A DNA stretch of 64,000 nucleotides from Camelus ferus (lineage: Eukaryota), in assembly GCF_009834535.1 (NCBI RefSeq), contig NC_045697.1:2544001-2608000 (forward strand), read 5' to 3'. Under the pieces are notes generated by a model. It did not search any database. It was not told the origin of the DNA and saw nothing but the letters and a program-made list of their open reading frames with translations. Of the stretch, positions 26,548-39,800 are shown piece after piece. A program made the position numbers and the translations under genes. How positions within the stretch are numbered: the first letter of the stretch is position 1; every line of letters starts with the position of its first letter.

Positions 26548-27092
26548 GTGATGGTGGCAGGTGACTTGTGTCCCTGAAAGAGATGTGTCCACGTCCCAAC
26601 CCTGGTACCTGTGAATGTGGCCTTATTTGGAAGTTGGGTCTTTGCAGATGTCAACCAGATGTAAGTTAAGATGAGGCCACATTGCAGGAGGGTGGGCCCT
26701 GAGTCCAGAATGACTGGTGTCCTTGTAAGAAGACAGGAGACAGACACAGATGCACACGGAGAACGTGTGAAGACGCAGAGACAACGCCATGCGATGACAG
26801 AGGCTGAGACGCACGTGCTGTATCTGCAAGACGAGCAATGCCAGAGACAGCCAGAGCACCTCCAGACCAGCCGGTGGCTAGTGCACCCCAGACCAGCCAG
26901 AGCACCCCCAGACCAGCCAGCGGCCAGAGCACCCCTGGACCAGCCGGGAGCAGATCCTCTGTCGCGGGCTCAGAGGAACCCACCCTGCTAGCACCTTGAA
27001 TTTTCTTCTGGCCTCTGGACCTGGGAGAGAATTGTCTGTTGTTTGAAACCCCTAGTCTGTGGTCCTTTGTTGTGGCCACCTCGGGACACAGG
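26548..27092 (+). mobile_element. MLT1B/C-like MaLR solo LTR
   Basis: 'ccctggtacctgtgaatgtggccttatttggaa...gtctttgcagatg...aagatgagg...tgactggtgtccttgtaagaag' and the end 'ctgtggtcctttgttgtggc'. Confidence 0.9.
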
Positions 27093-27319
27093 TCGAGGGA
27101 CCACTTGTGTGGCTGGGGGCTCAGGAAGGCCTCTGAGGGTAGAAATCAGGCAGGTGCCCGCTGCCTGAGTGCCTCTGCTCAGGTCTTGGGGGTTCTCCAG
27201 CACCAGGTTCTGGGCCAGGCCCCCTGGCAGCAGAAGAGCGAGATTCCAGTGAAACCAGCCTGGGACCCAGGGTCAAAGTCTCTGCGTGACAGTGTTACTT
27301 TATTGGCAGACAATGGAGA

Positions 27320-27690
27320 CATTCACACATTCAGTGAGTTTTAATTGAGCACCTACTCTTCTCTGGGCACCAGGACGTGTGAGGTTGGAGACTGAGGAGA
27401 CGGGCCCCACCCCTGAGGCATCACAGCTTCGTGGAGGAGGAAGTGAGCCACCACATGGGGTGACAAGTGCAAAGAGAGAGGGAGGCCAGAGACTGGGAGC
27501 TCAGAGGGGGCCTGAGCCTAGCTTGGAAGTGAGGAAATTGTTCCTGGGGGCAGTGATTCCTGGCTGAGTTTTGTAAAAGGGAAAAGATTGGCTGGGCAAT
27601 GACAGGGAGCAGAGAGGGTGCGCCAAGCAAAGCGAACCACTCTTGCAAAGGCCCTGCGGTGGGAGACAGTATTGCCTGTAGGAACTGATG
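27320..27690 (-). mobile_element. L2 LINE 3' fragment
   Basis: 'cattcacacattcagtgagttttaattgagcacctact...ctgggcac' L2 3' terminus; 'tgcaaaggccctgcggtggga' further in. Confidence 0.65.
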
Positions 27691-27725
27691 TGAGGACGAG
27701 GGCTCCATCCTTAGAATGAAGGGCT

Positions 27726-27729
<4 letters not shown>

Positions 27730-27771
<42 letters not shown>
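27730..27771. repeat. (TG)21 microsatellite
   Basis: Uninterrupted TG dinucleotide run. Confidence 0.98.
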
Positions 27772-27772
<1 letters not shown>

Positions 27773-28837
27773 CCCCCGATGGACTGGGAGGCCGGGTTCT
27801 CTCATGAAGGACCTGATGTGCTAAGCTTAGGAATTTTCAGAATTCTTCCCCCCACATTTAACCAGACTGATGGATGGTTCAGTTCCCTGCTATGTGGCTC
27901 AGCGCAAAACTTTCCCCCTTAAAGGGGGACCCTTGCAGCTCAAACGTCTTCGGCTTCCAGACCCCAGCCTTCAGGGAGAGGAAGGGGGGCCCCGGCAGCT
28001 GCCGCCACGCCCTCTGGCCCAGCCCAGGGCACCCACGTGTGGCTCCTGGCGCCCAGCCTGGTGCGGGAGAGGGCTGACTGTCCTCCGCACTGCTGTCAGC
28101 TCCGTGTGACCAGAGCCAGGCCGCATGGCCATTGCACCGTCAACAACAGCCCCGCCTAGTACTTCTGCAGCCGAGCGGGGCAGCCTCGGGCGACTTGCTG
28201 ATCCATCGAAGACACGTGTCTGTGACTGGAGTGAGGAGACTCAGCTGGCAGGTGGTCTGTTGGAAGGAGACCCCTCCTGGGTGCCCAGAACAGTTTGGGC
28301 AAAACACCTACCCCAACTCAGAGGCCAGAAGAGCAGCGTTTTCACATCCGCTCCTTAGAGAGAGGCTGGTGTTGACAATCTGATCTCAGTTTGCCAAAGA
28401 AATTTGCAGAAAACCATTTAGGTGCAAACAGTAACTGTTACCACGCTGGGTTTCTGTACTTTGTAACTCACCAGGGCTGCTGGGATGATCTGTGATCCCA
28501 GGAAAGAAGGCGATGGGCTCACATATGAAGTTGGGCGGCAGGCGCCGTGGAGCTGGCCACTGGGCCCCTCCCCTCCTTTCAGTGCCCAGCCCCTGCCTCA
28601 GCCTTCCCGCTCCCATGCCCTGGAACAGCCCTGCTGGGTCTCGGCCGCTCTCTTCCGTCTCCCTGGTCCTGCCTTGTGCTCACGCCACCTCCCCGGGCCC
28701 CATTCATCCACCATGGTCACCTCCTTCGTATGACCCTGGCCCCACTCCTCTCCCCACACCCTTTCCCACAGACCCTTTTCTGGGAAACTGGGCGCCTTCC
28801 ACCACCCAAGCCATCTGGTGTTTCTCTTTTGTGCATG

Positions 28838-28977
28838 TGTGTGGTTAAATATATATATATTATATTATAAAATTTGCCTCCTTAGCCATGTTTTAAGTAT
28901 ATAATTTCATGACATTAAGTACTCTCACAATGTTGTGCAGCCATCAGCACTATTTCTAAAACCCTTCCGTCACTCTG
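28838..28977 (-). mobile_element. L1MB-like 3' terminal fragment
   Basis: 'aaatttgcctccttagccatgttttaagtatataatt...cattaagtactctcacaatgttgtgcagccatcagcacta'. Confidence 0.8.
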
Positions 28978-30814
28978 ATCTGAGGTTTTTATACAGTTAA
29001 TGGTGATGATTTGTGGCAACAGACTGGCACACTGGGCTGCATGGTGCCCGTATCATCTCATTTCACCCCCACCGCAGCTCTGGCACGTGGCCCGGGCTGT
29101 TGCCATCGGCTTGCCGACACCAGGGGCCCTGACATGTCTCCAGCAGCACCTGCTCACTCCCCAAGTAAAGGGCTCCCTAGACTGGAGACCCCTGGGTTAG
29201 AGGAGGTGCTGAGCCTCAATTCAACCCTTTATTGTGGGTCCCTGGGCTGGGCAGGCTCTGTTCTTACGTGCAGGACCTGATGCATCAACACACGTCTCCC
29301 ACAGGTAGACACCTGGGCTGTGAGTAGGCTCACACCTGGGAGGGGAGTGGGAGGAGGAAGGTGACCTGGGCCAAGCTGGGTCTATTCCTAGTGTCTTGGT
29401 GGCCAGCAGTGGCAGCCACTCTGACTTGTCTCCATCCTTGTTCTCTCTTTTTTTTTTTAACAGCCATGGAAACTCAGACCCATCACTGGACCCTGGAATG
29501 AAAACCACATCCCACTCCACAGACCTCAGCCGCCTGCGGCCGTGGGACCAAGCTCCGGGATGGGGTGGGAGGGCAGCACCTTCCCTCCCGCCCCCGACGT
29601 GCAGAGTGGAGGCGGGCTGTCTCAGAAACCCTGCAGACGAGGGAGCCCCCAGGACTGGTGATGCAGCAGAGGAACGGGACCACCCTGGGGAGGGGGCCGA
29701 CCTGCCAGCCTGGCTGCCCCATCTCTGCAGACCTAGGAGCCAGGCACAAGTAACTTCTTTATTCCTTTGAACCCTCTCTCACTGGCCTCTTCAACAGTGA
29801 CCCAGCCTGTCCCCTGCCTGTCGCGCGTGGTCGCGTCAACACGTTTCTTACAGTAACCGGGAACTCCTCCGGGGAGGAGTGTTCCTGATTCGCCTCGTCC
29901 CTGCAGCCCCAGCCCAGGGCCCTGAGCGCGGACACGGGTGGGCAAGTATTTGCGGGGTCGGCAGCGCCCCGGGGGAAGGCATGGGGACACCCGAATGTGC
30001 AGCGTCACCTGCTCCTGTGCCAAAACCTGGGCTGCGGAGATGGGGAGCTCCTTTGCAGACTTCTTCTTTGCCATCAGGCTGCCAACTCCCTCTTCGGCCG
30101 CTGTCCAGACCCAGACCCATGGCCTCCCTACATTCAGAGGGTTCGGTGGCTCTGCACTCCAGGCTGACGATGTGGTCCTTGCACCTGCGGGGGAAGAGGC
30201 GGCTGGGCTGACGGGCGCCACGAGTCACTGTTAGCATGTGGACCTTTGGCGTGGGTGTCAGCAGCTCAGAGAGCATTTGTGAGCCCTTCTTAGTCTGGAC
30301 TCGGAAGGACTGAGGGCTGCCGCAGACACAAGGTGCTTCCGTCGGGTGTCTGTGTCTAGCTGTCCCCGCGCATGGCCCCGGGGAGGGCGGGGCTGGTCCT
30401 GGGGGAGGCTCTGCCTGACATGGTGGGAGCCTGGCTGCTGTCCTTCTGGGCTGGTCAGAGCAGGCGCGGCGGTCTGCCCAGCCGCCTCTCACTCTGTCAG
30501 CTCCCTGGGGACCAGAGTGGGATTCGAGAGATGTGAGGGGTCCCACGACTGTGAGCCTCCGTGGTAAGATCACCGGACAGCTGCAGAGACCCCAAGAGCT
30601 CGGCCCCCGAGCAGGACTGAGGGGAGACACTGGGCGCCCATGGGCTCCGGAGCTGAGAAAGCACACTCTTCACCTCCCAGCCCCAGTGTGGCGTCTCCAC
30701 CCCATTTCCTGTTCTCCTGGTATTTGGAAGACCCTGATTGTGGGTAGACGATCGGTCCCTGGTTGGTTTTTAGGAGGAGGATGGCCGCCTGGGTATAGGC
30801 AGGTAGGAGGCCTG

Positions 30815-31150
30815 GGTCAGCGTCCTGGGGCGGCCCTCCCAAAGGACCATAAACAGGGCCTTCACACAACAGAAACTTCTTCTCTCACAGTTCTGAGGCC
30901 AGAAGTCCAAAACCAAGGTGTCCTTAGCGCTGCATCCTTGCGGGGTCCCTGAGGTCCCTCTCCCGGCTCTGGCCACTCCAGCAGTCTTGGCTTGCGGTGC
31001 TCCCCCCACCTCTGCCTCCATCGTCACCTGCCGCCGCCTCCGTTCTCTGTGTCTGTGTCTCCTCTTCCTACAAGGACACCAGGCGTCGGGTTCAGGGCTC
31101 ACTCCACACACAGGACGATCTCATCTCAAGACCCTCAATTAACTTCATGG
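30815..31150 (-). mobile_element. MLT1-like MaLR LTR (partial)
   Basis: 'caacagaaacttcttctctcacagttctgaggccagaagtccaaaaccaaggtgtc...cttcctacaaggacacca...tctcatctcaagaccctcaattaa'. Confidence 0.85.
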
Positions 31151-31504
31151 ACGTTCTTTCCCCCTATTGATGGATTTTCGGTAAGCCCCCACCTGGTGCC
31201 AGGGGCTGCGCTGGGGGCCAGAGCTGGGGGCGCTTTAAGACAGACATGCTGTCCTCACGGATCACGGTTGATCCAAGTTCCTTCCTGAAACCTACGTCAC
31301 CGCAGTGATAGGATTTTCTAATGTGATAAGAATATGACAGTTCAGACAAGGACACAGGATCTGGATTCAATTCATCTGGGGGGAAAATGCAACCATTGTG
31401 CCTGCCTTCAAGAAATTCCCACACAGGCTTTTTTGGGGCAGGCAGGGGCCGGGAGAGGACCAGACGCTTGCTGGGCCTCCGAGTCCGTCCGCCCCCTTGC
31501 AGCC

Positions 31505-31570
31505 CTCCCTCCGTTTACAGATGAGGAAACGGAGGCCCAGAGAGCTTGGTTCACATGCCCGAGGCTGTGC
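31505..31570 (-). mobile_element. MIR SINE fragment
   Basis: 'ccgtttacagatgaggaaacggaggcccagagag'. Confidence 0.75.
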
Positions 31571-32464
31571 CTGCAGCAGGGGGGGAGGCAGAGGCTGGTC
31601 TCACCCCGGGCCTGCGCCTCCGACCACTCCCCTCGCCTCCCCAGTGGCAGCCACGGGAGGAACCTGCACTTCTGCTGTGAACACCTTCGTGATCTTTGAC
31701 TTGGCTCTGCATTTGGGGAGGGGGCTGTGCCATCCTGGGTCAAATCCAGAAGGGGAAAGCCTGGCGAGGGGGCTCCTTCCTGGGACCCCACATGAGCTCA
31801 CTGCTCAGTTGTACCTAAGGGCAGATTTTGCCTCTGTCCCTCTGTCTGTCCATCCATCCGTCCTCTCCAGCCCCAGGCCAGCAGTCCAGGCTCTGCCGTC
31901 TCACCTCTGGACAACCCCAGCTGGTCCTGCAGGTCTCCTGCTCATGTCCAGGTCACCATCCGGCCCTCATCCTGTCTGGAAGCCCCTGGGAGACACCATC
32001 ATGCTCCCTGTTCCCTGCCAGTGGGCATCTGGGCTCCTTCACATGGCTCCCAGGACACCCCCTCGTGCTGCGGCCACCGTGGGCTGGCGCTCGCTCTCCC
32101 CACCTAAGGGGCCCGTTGGTCGGCTGAGGTCTGGCCAGGCACCTTCTTGAAGGCCTGCCCTGTGCTTGGCGGGAGGAGATGCTGGACAGACGGACATCCT
32201 GCTCCCCTGGTCCTGCACCACCTGGGGCAGACCCGGCTCCGCGGAGGTGATCTCTGAGCGAGGCCACTATGGGGGGCCTGGGTGCTCTCAACCTGCTCCT
32301 ATCGCATATCCTCAGGCTTCTGCAGCCGATGTTGGAGGCACCAGATTCTGTGCAGAGGGACACACTCTGGGAACCTGCCGGCGTCTGCCCTCTGGCCAGC
32401 AGAGCTGTCCCCATGCCCCCTGCTGACCTCCCCGGGGCACAGGGCCCCTGAGCGGGCCTTCCCT

Positions 32465-32860
32465 GGGATCGATAGCTGAGCCGATCAACTGGCAACGTGA
32501 TACTAATGGACGCAGAATTAAAATGTGAGGCCCATATTAATCTGGACAGCCATGGGGGACGGGGCAGGGTGGGCGGGGCGTGGGCCAGCGGCCCTTAATG
32601 GAGCCGTATTGACCGGGCTGCAGAGACCGCAGCGGGGGTTGGATATCACTCTGCAGCCCGGGAACTGGGTGTTTATGGATTTCAGTATTTTATAGGTTTG
32701 GGTTTTTTATAAAAAAAAAAAAAAGATCTCTCTTTTTCCCCCAAATCAATATATTCTTTTTAGCTGAGTATGATCACCGATATTCCATCAGCGCAGCCTC
32801 TGGGGAGGTTTGTAAATATCAGCGTTGGAAATATTAATATCTGATGGTGACGGGCCCTGG
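32465..32860. promoter_or_regulatory. Candidate conserved non-coding element / enhancer
   Basis: TAATGG (32504, 32596), TTTATGG (32672), AAATCAATA (32743), TGTAAATA (32811) and the palindrome ATATTAATAT (32831) in unique sequence. Confidence 0.55.
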
Positions 32861-35800
32861 CGGCACAGACACCAGGAGCGGCCAGCAGACTTGCCCTCAC
32901 ACACTCTCCTCTCCTTCAGACCAAGTTTTCAGTCGCTGAAAAGGCTAGCGGGAGTCTAGATTGCCATGAACTGCTGGTGGGGCATCGACCTGCCCTCCCA
33001 AGTTCAGGGAACCCTACAGTTTGCATGGCCACCCTGGGAGGTTGGGACAGTGGGGCTGGGACCCCTTTTTAAAGGAGAGGGAGCTGAAGCTCAGGGATGT
33101 CCAGCCATGTAGCAAGACAGTTGGTATTGGGATTGTGGCCCTGCCTTCCTCCACTGCCAGCCATGGCCTCCAGCTGTCTTTCACGGCCCCACCCTCGCCC
33201 CAGGCCCCCCACCACCCTGGGGCAATAATGGTCCAAGGCAGGCCTGGCAGTTCCTCCGTGCAGCTTACCTGGCTGCACCCTTGCAGCCGCCCCACCCTGC
33301 GCAGCCCTGAGACTCCCCTCTCTGGCTCCGTGCCCCCTTGCCCACGCCGCACCTCCCTGGTCCAGTCTCACCCTCCCTGATCTGTCCTCTCTTAGGCCAG
33401 AGTGACCTTCCTCAAGGTCAGATCTGATGTCACCCCTCCCCTGCCTGCTGGATAAGGTCCACTCTGCCGAGCAGTTGGCTGGCCCTGGGCTGGCCCCTGC
33501 TGCCTTGAGGACCTGCCTCTCACCGCCCTCCTGCTGCAGCCACACTGCACTCGGGCCCATCTCGGAACACACGGGGTCCTTAACTCGCCCGGTGCCAGTG
33601 TTGGGTACCGTCCCCCATCCCCAATGTAAAGGCTAGAACTCTTCTCCTTGCGGAGAGGGCCCTGGGCAAATCTGTCACTCTCACATCCTCCAGCCTGACC
33701 CCAGAGCTCAGCCCTCCCCGTCCCCTGAGTCCCTGTCTCATCCTTGCCCTGGACACTCTGGGATGCCTTGGCCCAGGCCCCACGCACAGCCCGGCCTCCC
33801 TCAGAGTAACTCCTGCCTCACTTCCGCTGGACTCTGCTCTCCAGGGGGCCAGGGGCCCTGTCCGCGCCCTTCTCTGCTTCCCTGAAGGGCTCAGAGCTCA
33901 GGACAGGCAGGGGATGGAGGGGGAAAGGTGGGCAGGATGGAAGGGGGGCATCCAGGAGAGGGAGAAATGCAGGATTAAGGGCAGAGGACAGGGGAGCACT
34001 GGAAGCCAGGAGCCCCCAGGGGCCATGGGGGTTGGGGACAGTTCTGTCAGAAAGTCAGGGCTCCTGGACTGTGTCCACTCAGATGCTGCAGCGACAGTCT
34101 CCCCCAGCCCCACCCCTGCCCCAGCCCGCTCCTTCAGCAGGGCCCTGGGCTCCTGCCCCCTCCTCAGTGCCCCATCCCCTCACCCCCCTTATCTGGAGCC
34201 CATCACAGACTCAGTGCACAGCCGCCCTGGGCCCCGGAGGGCACCTGCTCCTGCATCCATCCTCTCCTGGCGGGGAGCCCTGAGTCAACTCTGCTGCCCA
34301 GGCTGCTGATGGATACTTTGGCCAAATGCATGAACGAATGAATGAATGAATGAACTCACCAAAGCCACAAGCCCTCCCTGTCTCTTGACAGGACACCCCC
34401 ACTTCTCAGAGGCCAGGGGTCCTCGGCCTTTGCTCAGGGGTGACACTCCAGGCAGGCTCCCTCTGCACTTAGCAGCTGGTCGTTTTGTGTCTCCATACGT
34501 TTCTGCACCTGGGGAAGTGACAGCAGGGAGGATGGGGAAGGCAGGTCGGGGGCCAAAGCCTTCGGAAGAGAGAAGGACTGAAATCTGAGGACCGTCCCAC
34601 CCCTCTGGGCCAAGCCCGCCAGCTCCGTGCACTTCCCTGGAAATGTCGGGGCAAACCTTCAGAAGGGAGCAGTCACTGCCACTTCATGATTGGGCCCCTG
34701 TCAGGACGAGCTGGCTGAGCCCTGGCCAAGGGCCGTGGGGACAATGGAGAGACGGAGAGGGGCCCCAAAGGCAGCCACGTGGAGCCCGGCCACCTCTCGG
34801 CTGGTGGCTTTGCTGCACCCGCTGTGCGCATGTCCATTGAAGGTGGAGTTGGGGGTGGACCTGGCTGCTAGCACACTCGGTGGGGGTCTTTGGGGCTTGA
34901 GAGCTGTCTTGAAATGCAGCATGTCCTCTCCACGCTGCATCCCCGCACAGGCCGGTCCTCTCCGGCCTCAGTCTCCCCCTGCACCCTTCCAGGGCCCTGT
35001 GAGGCTGTTTCCGAGCCCCTGCTGGCTGGAATGGTCTGGCCACCCCGAGTCCAGCCGGCCTTGCCGGCAGGGAGTGAGCACGAACATGTTTGACACTGAA
35101 TAATTAATTTTCGTTCTGTGATAAAAACGTTGTCTATTGATTTACAACCCCTCCCGGCAATAAAGCTTTTCAGCGGAAACCTGATTCTTCATTATTGTCC
35201 CTGGATGGGCCAGGAGGCGTGTCCAGCTGCCGCGAAGCAGCCCCAACTGTTTGCAGGCGTTTCCGGCCCGGGGGGCCAGCTGCTGCCCACCGCTCCACTC
35301 GGTCCTGCCCTGGTGACTGTGCCCCAACCCCCTCCGCCATGCCCTGAGGGCAGCGACCTCTCTCAGGGGTCAGGGGAGCTGTGCCACTCGAGGGGTGGAC
35401 AAGGCCGCGGAGGCCGGGGAGGCTCAGAGCAGGCGGGGCTGCCGGCCTGGCCAGGCCTGGCGGGGCCGTGCTTCCTACCTTGGGCGGCGGACTCCGGAGC
35501 CTGGCCTGACTCCTCGTCCGCCATGAAGGAGAAGCTGGCGGCTGCAGAGGCGGAGGTGGTGACTGCGGTCATCACCTCGGGGTGTGGGCCTTGCCGCCCA
35601 GTGTCCACCCCGTGCGCCCATGCCTGTCTGAGCACAGCCTCTGGGCTGGAGCCCGAGCTGGGGGTCTTCACTCTGGTTCTCCCCCGTCTGCAGGGCCCCA
35701 GCTGCATTTGATTTCAGGCTCCTCTCTCCAGACCCAGCCGGGGGGAGGGTGACGAGCCACATCCTAGAGCAGCCAGGATGCCATGCGGCACTACCATCCT

Positions 35801-36804
35801 ATAAATGTTTGCAGAATGACCCGGGGAACAAACAACACTCAGAAAAGTCAGCAGAGAGGCAGGCAGACTTAGCCACAGCCCGGGCCTGCCTACCCCCTGC
35901 CAGCCGGGACGTGCTGCTCGCTGAGCCTGGCGCCTGGGCTGGACGGAGCCCGTCTCCCTGCGCACTCAGCGGCGAGGGCTGAGCAGGGGCAGCGGGGGTC
36001 CTGGGGCCCTGGCTCCTCACGTTAGTGCTTATACAGGGTCACTGTGTAATTACTGCCCACATGACCCCCTGTTTGATGTGCTTTTCAGTATGTAGGTTAC
36101 GTTATTTCACAATAAAACACGAGATGACAGCCAGTAAGGGACGGGGCCCGGGGGCTGCGCAAAGCACCTGTGCGGACAGAGGGTTTATTTTTTGTTGCTG
36201 TCAAACCCCTCCCTCCTGCACTTGTTTTCACAGAGTCTGCTGATGTCCTTGAGCGACTTCTGCCCGACCCTGTGCTGGCTTGGACTCCCCAGCTGAGGGT
36301 TTCAAGAACTTGGCGGCCCATCCCGGGGCAGACCTGGCCCCGTGCTGTCGATGGCATCCTTGTCCCCACACCCTTTGGGCACGAGGCAGAACAGGCTCCA
36401 TCTTACAGATGAGAGATAGTGGGAAGGGCAGGGGCAGGGCCCCCTATCATGGGTGCAGACCCCCCAGCGCCCCCACCCCCCGACAGCCCCCAGCCCCACA
36501 CGCTGTTCTGACGGAGTCGACGCAGCAGCTTCCCTGGTGGAGGAGATGCCAGCCCAGAGGCCCCCCAGCCCGGATGTAAATCAGCTCCACACTAAATTCG
36601 AGATGCTTCTTGGCTTCTCATCAGAGTCACGATGGAGGCTGGTCCCACTGGTGCAGAAGAGCCAGGCTGCGGTGGCCACGGGCGACAGAGGAGGAGCAGG
36701 CGGTGAGCGCAGCAGGCTGCCCGGAGATGGCCGGGGATCTCAGGGTGATACCACTCTTACCACACACAGCAAACAGACCAAAGTGCTTTCAGAATTCAGG
36801 AAAG

Positions 36805-36894
36805 AAGAGGAAGGTATTGCTTGGCGGTAGCGTGCATGCTTAGCATGGACAAGGTCCTGGGTTCGATTTCCAGTACCTCCACTGGAAAAAAAAA
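36805..36894 (+). mobile_element. Vic-1-like SINE
   Basis: 'ggtagcgtgcatgcttagcatggacaaggtcctgggttcgatttccagtacctcca' plus an A tail; TSD agaattcaggaaag (36791) / agatttcaggaaag (36895). Confidence 0.85.
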
Positions 36895-39800
36895 AGATTT
36901 CAGGAAAGTTCTGTTTGGTGAAGTGGCAGGTTGGCTGGTGTGGTGTGGACCCCGGGCAGTAGTGGGGGCTGGAAGCCTGCTTGAGGGGGGCGTCCGAGAG
37001 AGGGAGGAGGTAAAGGGGGCAGAGACGACCCCTCCAGGCTGTTCCTGCAGGGCGGAGACACAGGGAACTGCAGGTGGCATGGGCTCAGGAAGTGCTGCTT
37101 GCTGCCTGGTCAGCGTTTCATGGCAGCTAGTATGATGGGAAACAGCCCAGCAGAGAGGGAACAACTTGGGCCAGGGGGAGAGCAGGCCAAGCTGTCCCCA
37201 GTGCGCAGGCACAGGGAGGGGACGGATGCAGCCACCAGGTGCCCCCAGGCTCACAGAGCCTCGCCCTGAGTCCCTGCTCCGCCCCATCAGAGGCGGGCTG
37301 CTCCTGTTCTCTGTGCCTCAGTTTCCTCAACTGTCAGATGCCAAGAAGAGGGTCGTAAGGAGTGAGCAGGGCCTGTGGCTCCACCCCTGGTAACAGAGCT
37401 CCCACTCGAGGATGGTGGCGAGCCCCCAGGGCCCAGCAAGCTCGGGACCGGGGCGGGGGGACGATCCCGAGGCCCCCCACCCCAGCTTGGGAGCATTCCT
37501 GAGCAGGAACATCCCTCTTCGTCCCTCGAGCTGGGAAAAGGAGCAGTGTGTGAGCCGGTCTCCAAGGCTGGTGAGCCACAACCACCTCAAAGAGACGATG
37601 CAGGGCCAGCGCGCAGCAGGGGCGCCAGTCCCAGGATGCTGGTCCTGCCGCAGGGCTCCTGCACTCTCTGCGTCTGTGGGGAGGGCTTCCCCTTTAGATG
37701 TGGAATCCTCACCTGCCCTGTGAGCCCTCTTCACACCTGAGATTCCTCACGAGCCTGCATCGCCAGCACAGGGCGGGCGCATAGCAGGGGTGCATCACAG
37801 CCCGCCCGTCTGTGGCCCCTGGGCTGGCTTTCACTTCATCTGCGTCTCCTGAACCGAGGCAGCGGTAACCTGACCCATCTGCTTCCCGATCACATTTGGT
37901 AAATGACGAATATTGACCTCTGCCTGGAGCTGGAGCAGGGGGAGGGGCTTAATGGGGCAATTACAGGATTTCCATCACCCTCGGTGAGACCTGGGGGCCT
38001 TAGGGGGTTGTTGATTCCCTCGCCTGGCTCCAAAGTCCTTGTGGATGTCAGCTCACAAGTAGGGAGAGTCGCACGCCGCCCCGATGCCCGGCACACTCTC
38101 CACCCGTGCTCCTGGTTCGGGGAGGCAGGGACACAGCCAATGCGGGTGAGGCGGGGCCCCACCAGTGCGTCCAGGCGGCCTGTGCTAACTGCCCACCTGA
38201 CTGGGCTGTTGCACGGAGACCCTTGCTCAGTGCCAGGCCGTGTGCTGGGCACTGGGGGCTGGGCATGAGACGGGACCCCAGGGGACCCGGTTTGGAGGCA
38301 CTGCCACTTCCTGTGGGTCTGCCCCTGACCCTGTGGCTACAGGCAGGGGCCTGGAAGTTTGCGTGACTTTCCCCAGATCCCCAGGGTCTCTGCCAAGCAC
38401 AGTCCTTCTGCCTGCCTGTGAGGGCCATTGATCTGAGGGTCTCATTCTCCAGGGCTGAGGCCCCAAAGCAGAGCAGGCGACCAGGGGCTTCCAGGGACAC
38501 AGAAGATGTCCACAGCCAGGGTCATCCACGAGCGAATTCACAGCACCTCAGGTGAGCGCTCACCTCCGCCCACCCTCCCCAGGTGGGAGGAGCAGCCCCC
38601 ACGTGGACAGGGAGAGGGGTGGGTGGTGGGATGTGGGCCGGGGCCAGCAAGACCCCTTTCCTAGCTGGGGGCTGGGGGTGCGTGGGTGGGGCGAACACCG
38701 CCTCTTCCAGTGCCAGTCGGAACCAGTGGTAACAGCACACACCTGGGCCAGTGGCACCCCTGAGCTTCAGTCACCTAGTCCTCAGGAAATCTCCCCCAGC
38801 CAGGGGCTGCCATCAGCACGGAGAGGTGAGCTGCCCTGCCCGAGGTCACACAGCTGTGGGGCAGTGGTGCTGGACCTTACCCGGCCCAGCACACAGTAGG
38901 TGCTTAATACGTGACCCCAGACTGGAGCAGCAGGGAGGGCTCCAGGGAATAAATACTCTGTCCTCTCTTGGTGCCCCACTCAGCTGCCTCCACAGCCCAG
39001 AGCCGGCTGGGGAAGGGAGGTGAGGGGCTCACAGGGGCCCTGGGAGCCATCACATTGGTGCCCACGCAGAAAGCTGTTGGGGACGGGATGAGATCCCCTA
39101 AGGGAGGTTCGGGGTCATTGGCCCTGCTCTGGGGGGGACTGTTCCGGGTGGTGGGGGCTGTGATGGAGGGGCCAGGAGCCAGGGACGTGGTGGGGAGGGC
39201 CAGCCTCCTGGAGGGGTGGCCTGGAGCTGAGATGGGGCAGGCAGAACCCAGAGATGTGAACAGGTGGAAGGCCCCAGGGGCCTGGGGATCAGAGGAAGGC
39301 ACAGGGACCCGCTCTGCTGGCCGGGAGGGACCCTGAGCTCCGTCCTCATGGCCCATGGTGCTGAGACAGGTCCAGAGCCCATGTCCCCCACAGCCTCTCC
39401 CCCGCCCCCAGCCTCCTTGCCCTCCGCTGCCACCAGGAGAGTCCAGAACTGAGCTGGCAGGGCTCTCGGATGGGAAACTGAGGCTCAAGGGGTGGAGAGA
39501 CATGTCCAAGGTCACAAGGAGCCGTGCTGGGCCTTGCGCCATAAGGGGCACCTCCCTGGAAGGGCCCCTGAGGCCTCACAGCCACTCTCGGTGTGGGGGC
39601 TACTGTTCCCAGTTTGCAGGTGAGCAAAGTGAAGAAGCGAGAGCCGTGGGCCACGCCGAGGCCCACAGCCGGGACGTGCGGGGTTGAACCGGCCCTTAGT
39701 TCCGCGTCGCGGCTCCCTGGCTGACTCCGGAACCCACTCTGGGCATTTCGATGCCTCCAGTACTGCCCCCAACCCGGGACACCCTGGTGGGCTGGGGCAG

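Noticed and set aside
35518..35711. Kozak-like CCGCCATGA opening MKEKLAAAEAEVVTAV...
   Set aside because: Short, no recognisable homology or splice structure, and degenerates into low-information sequence.
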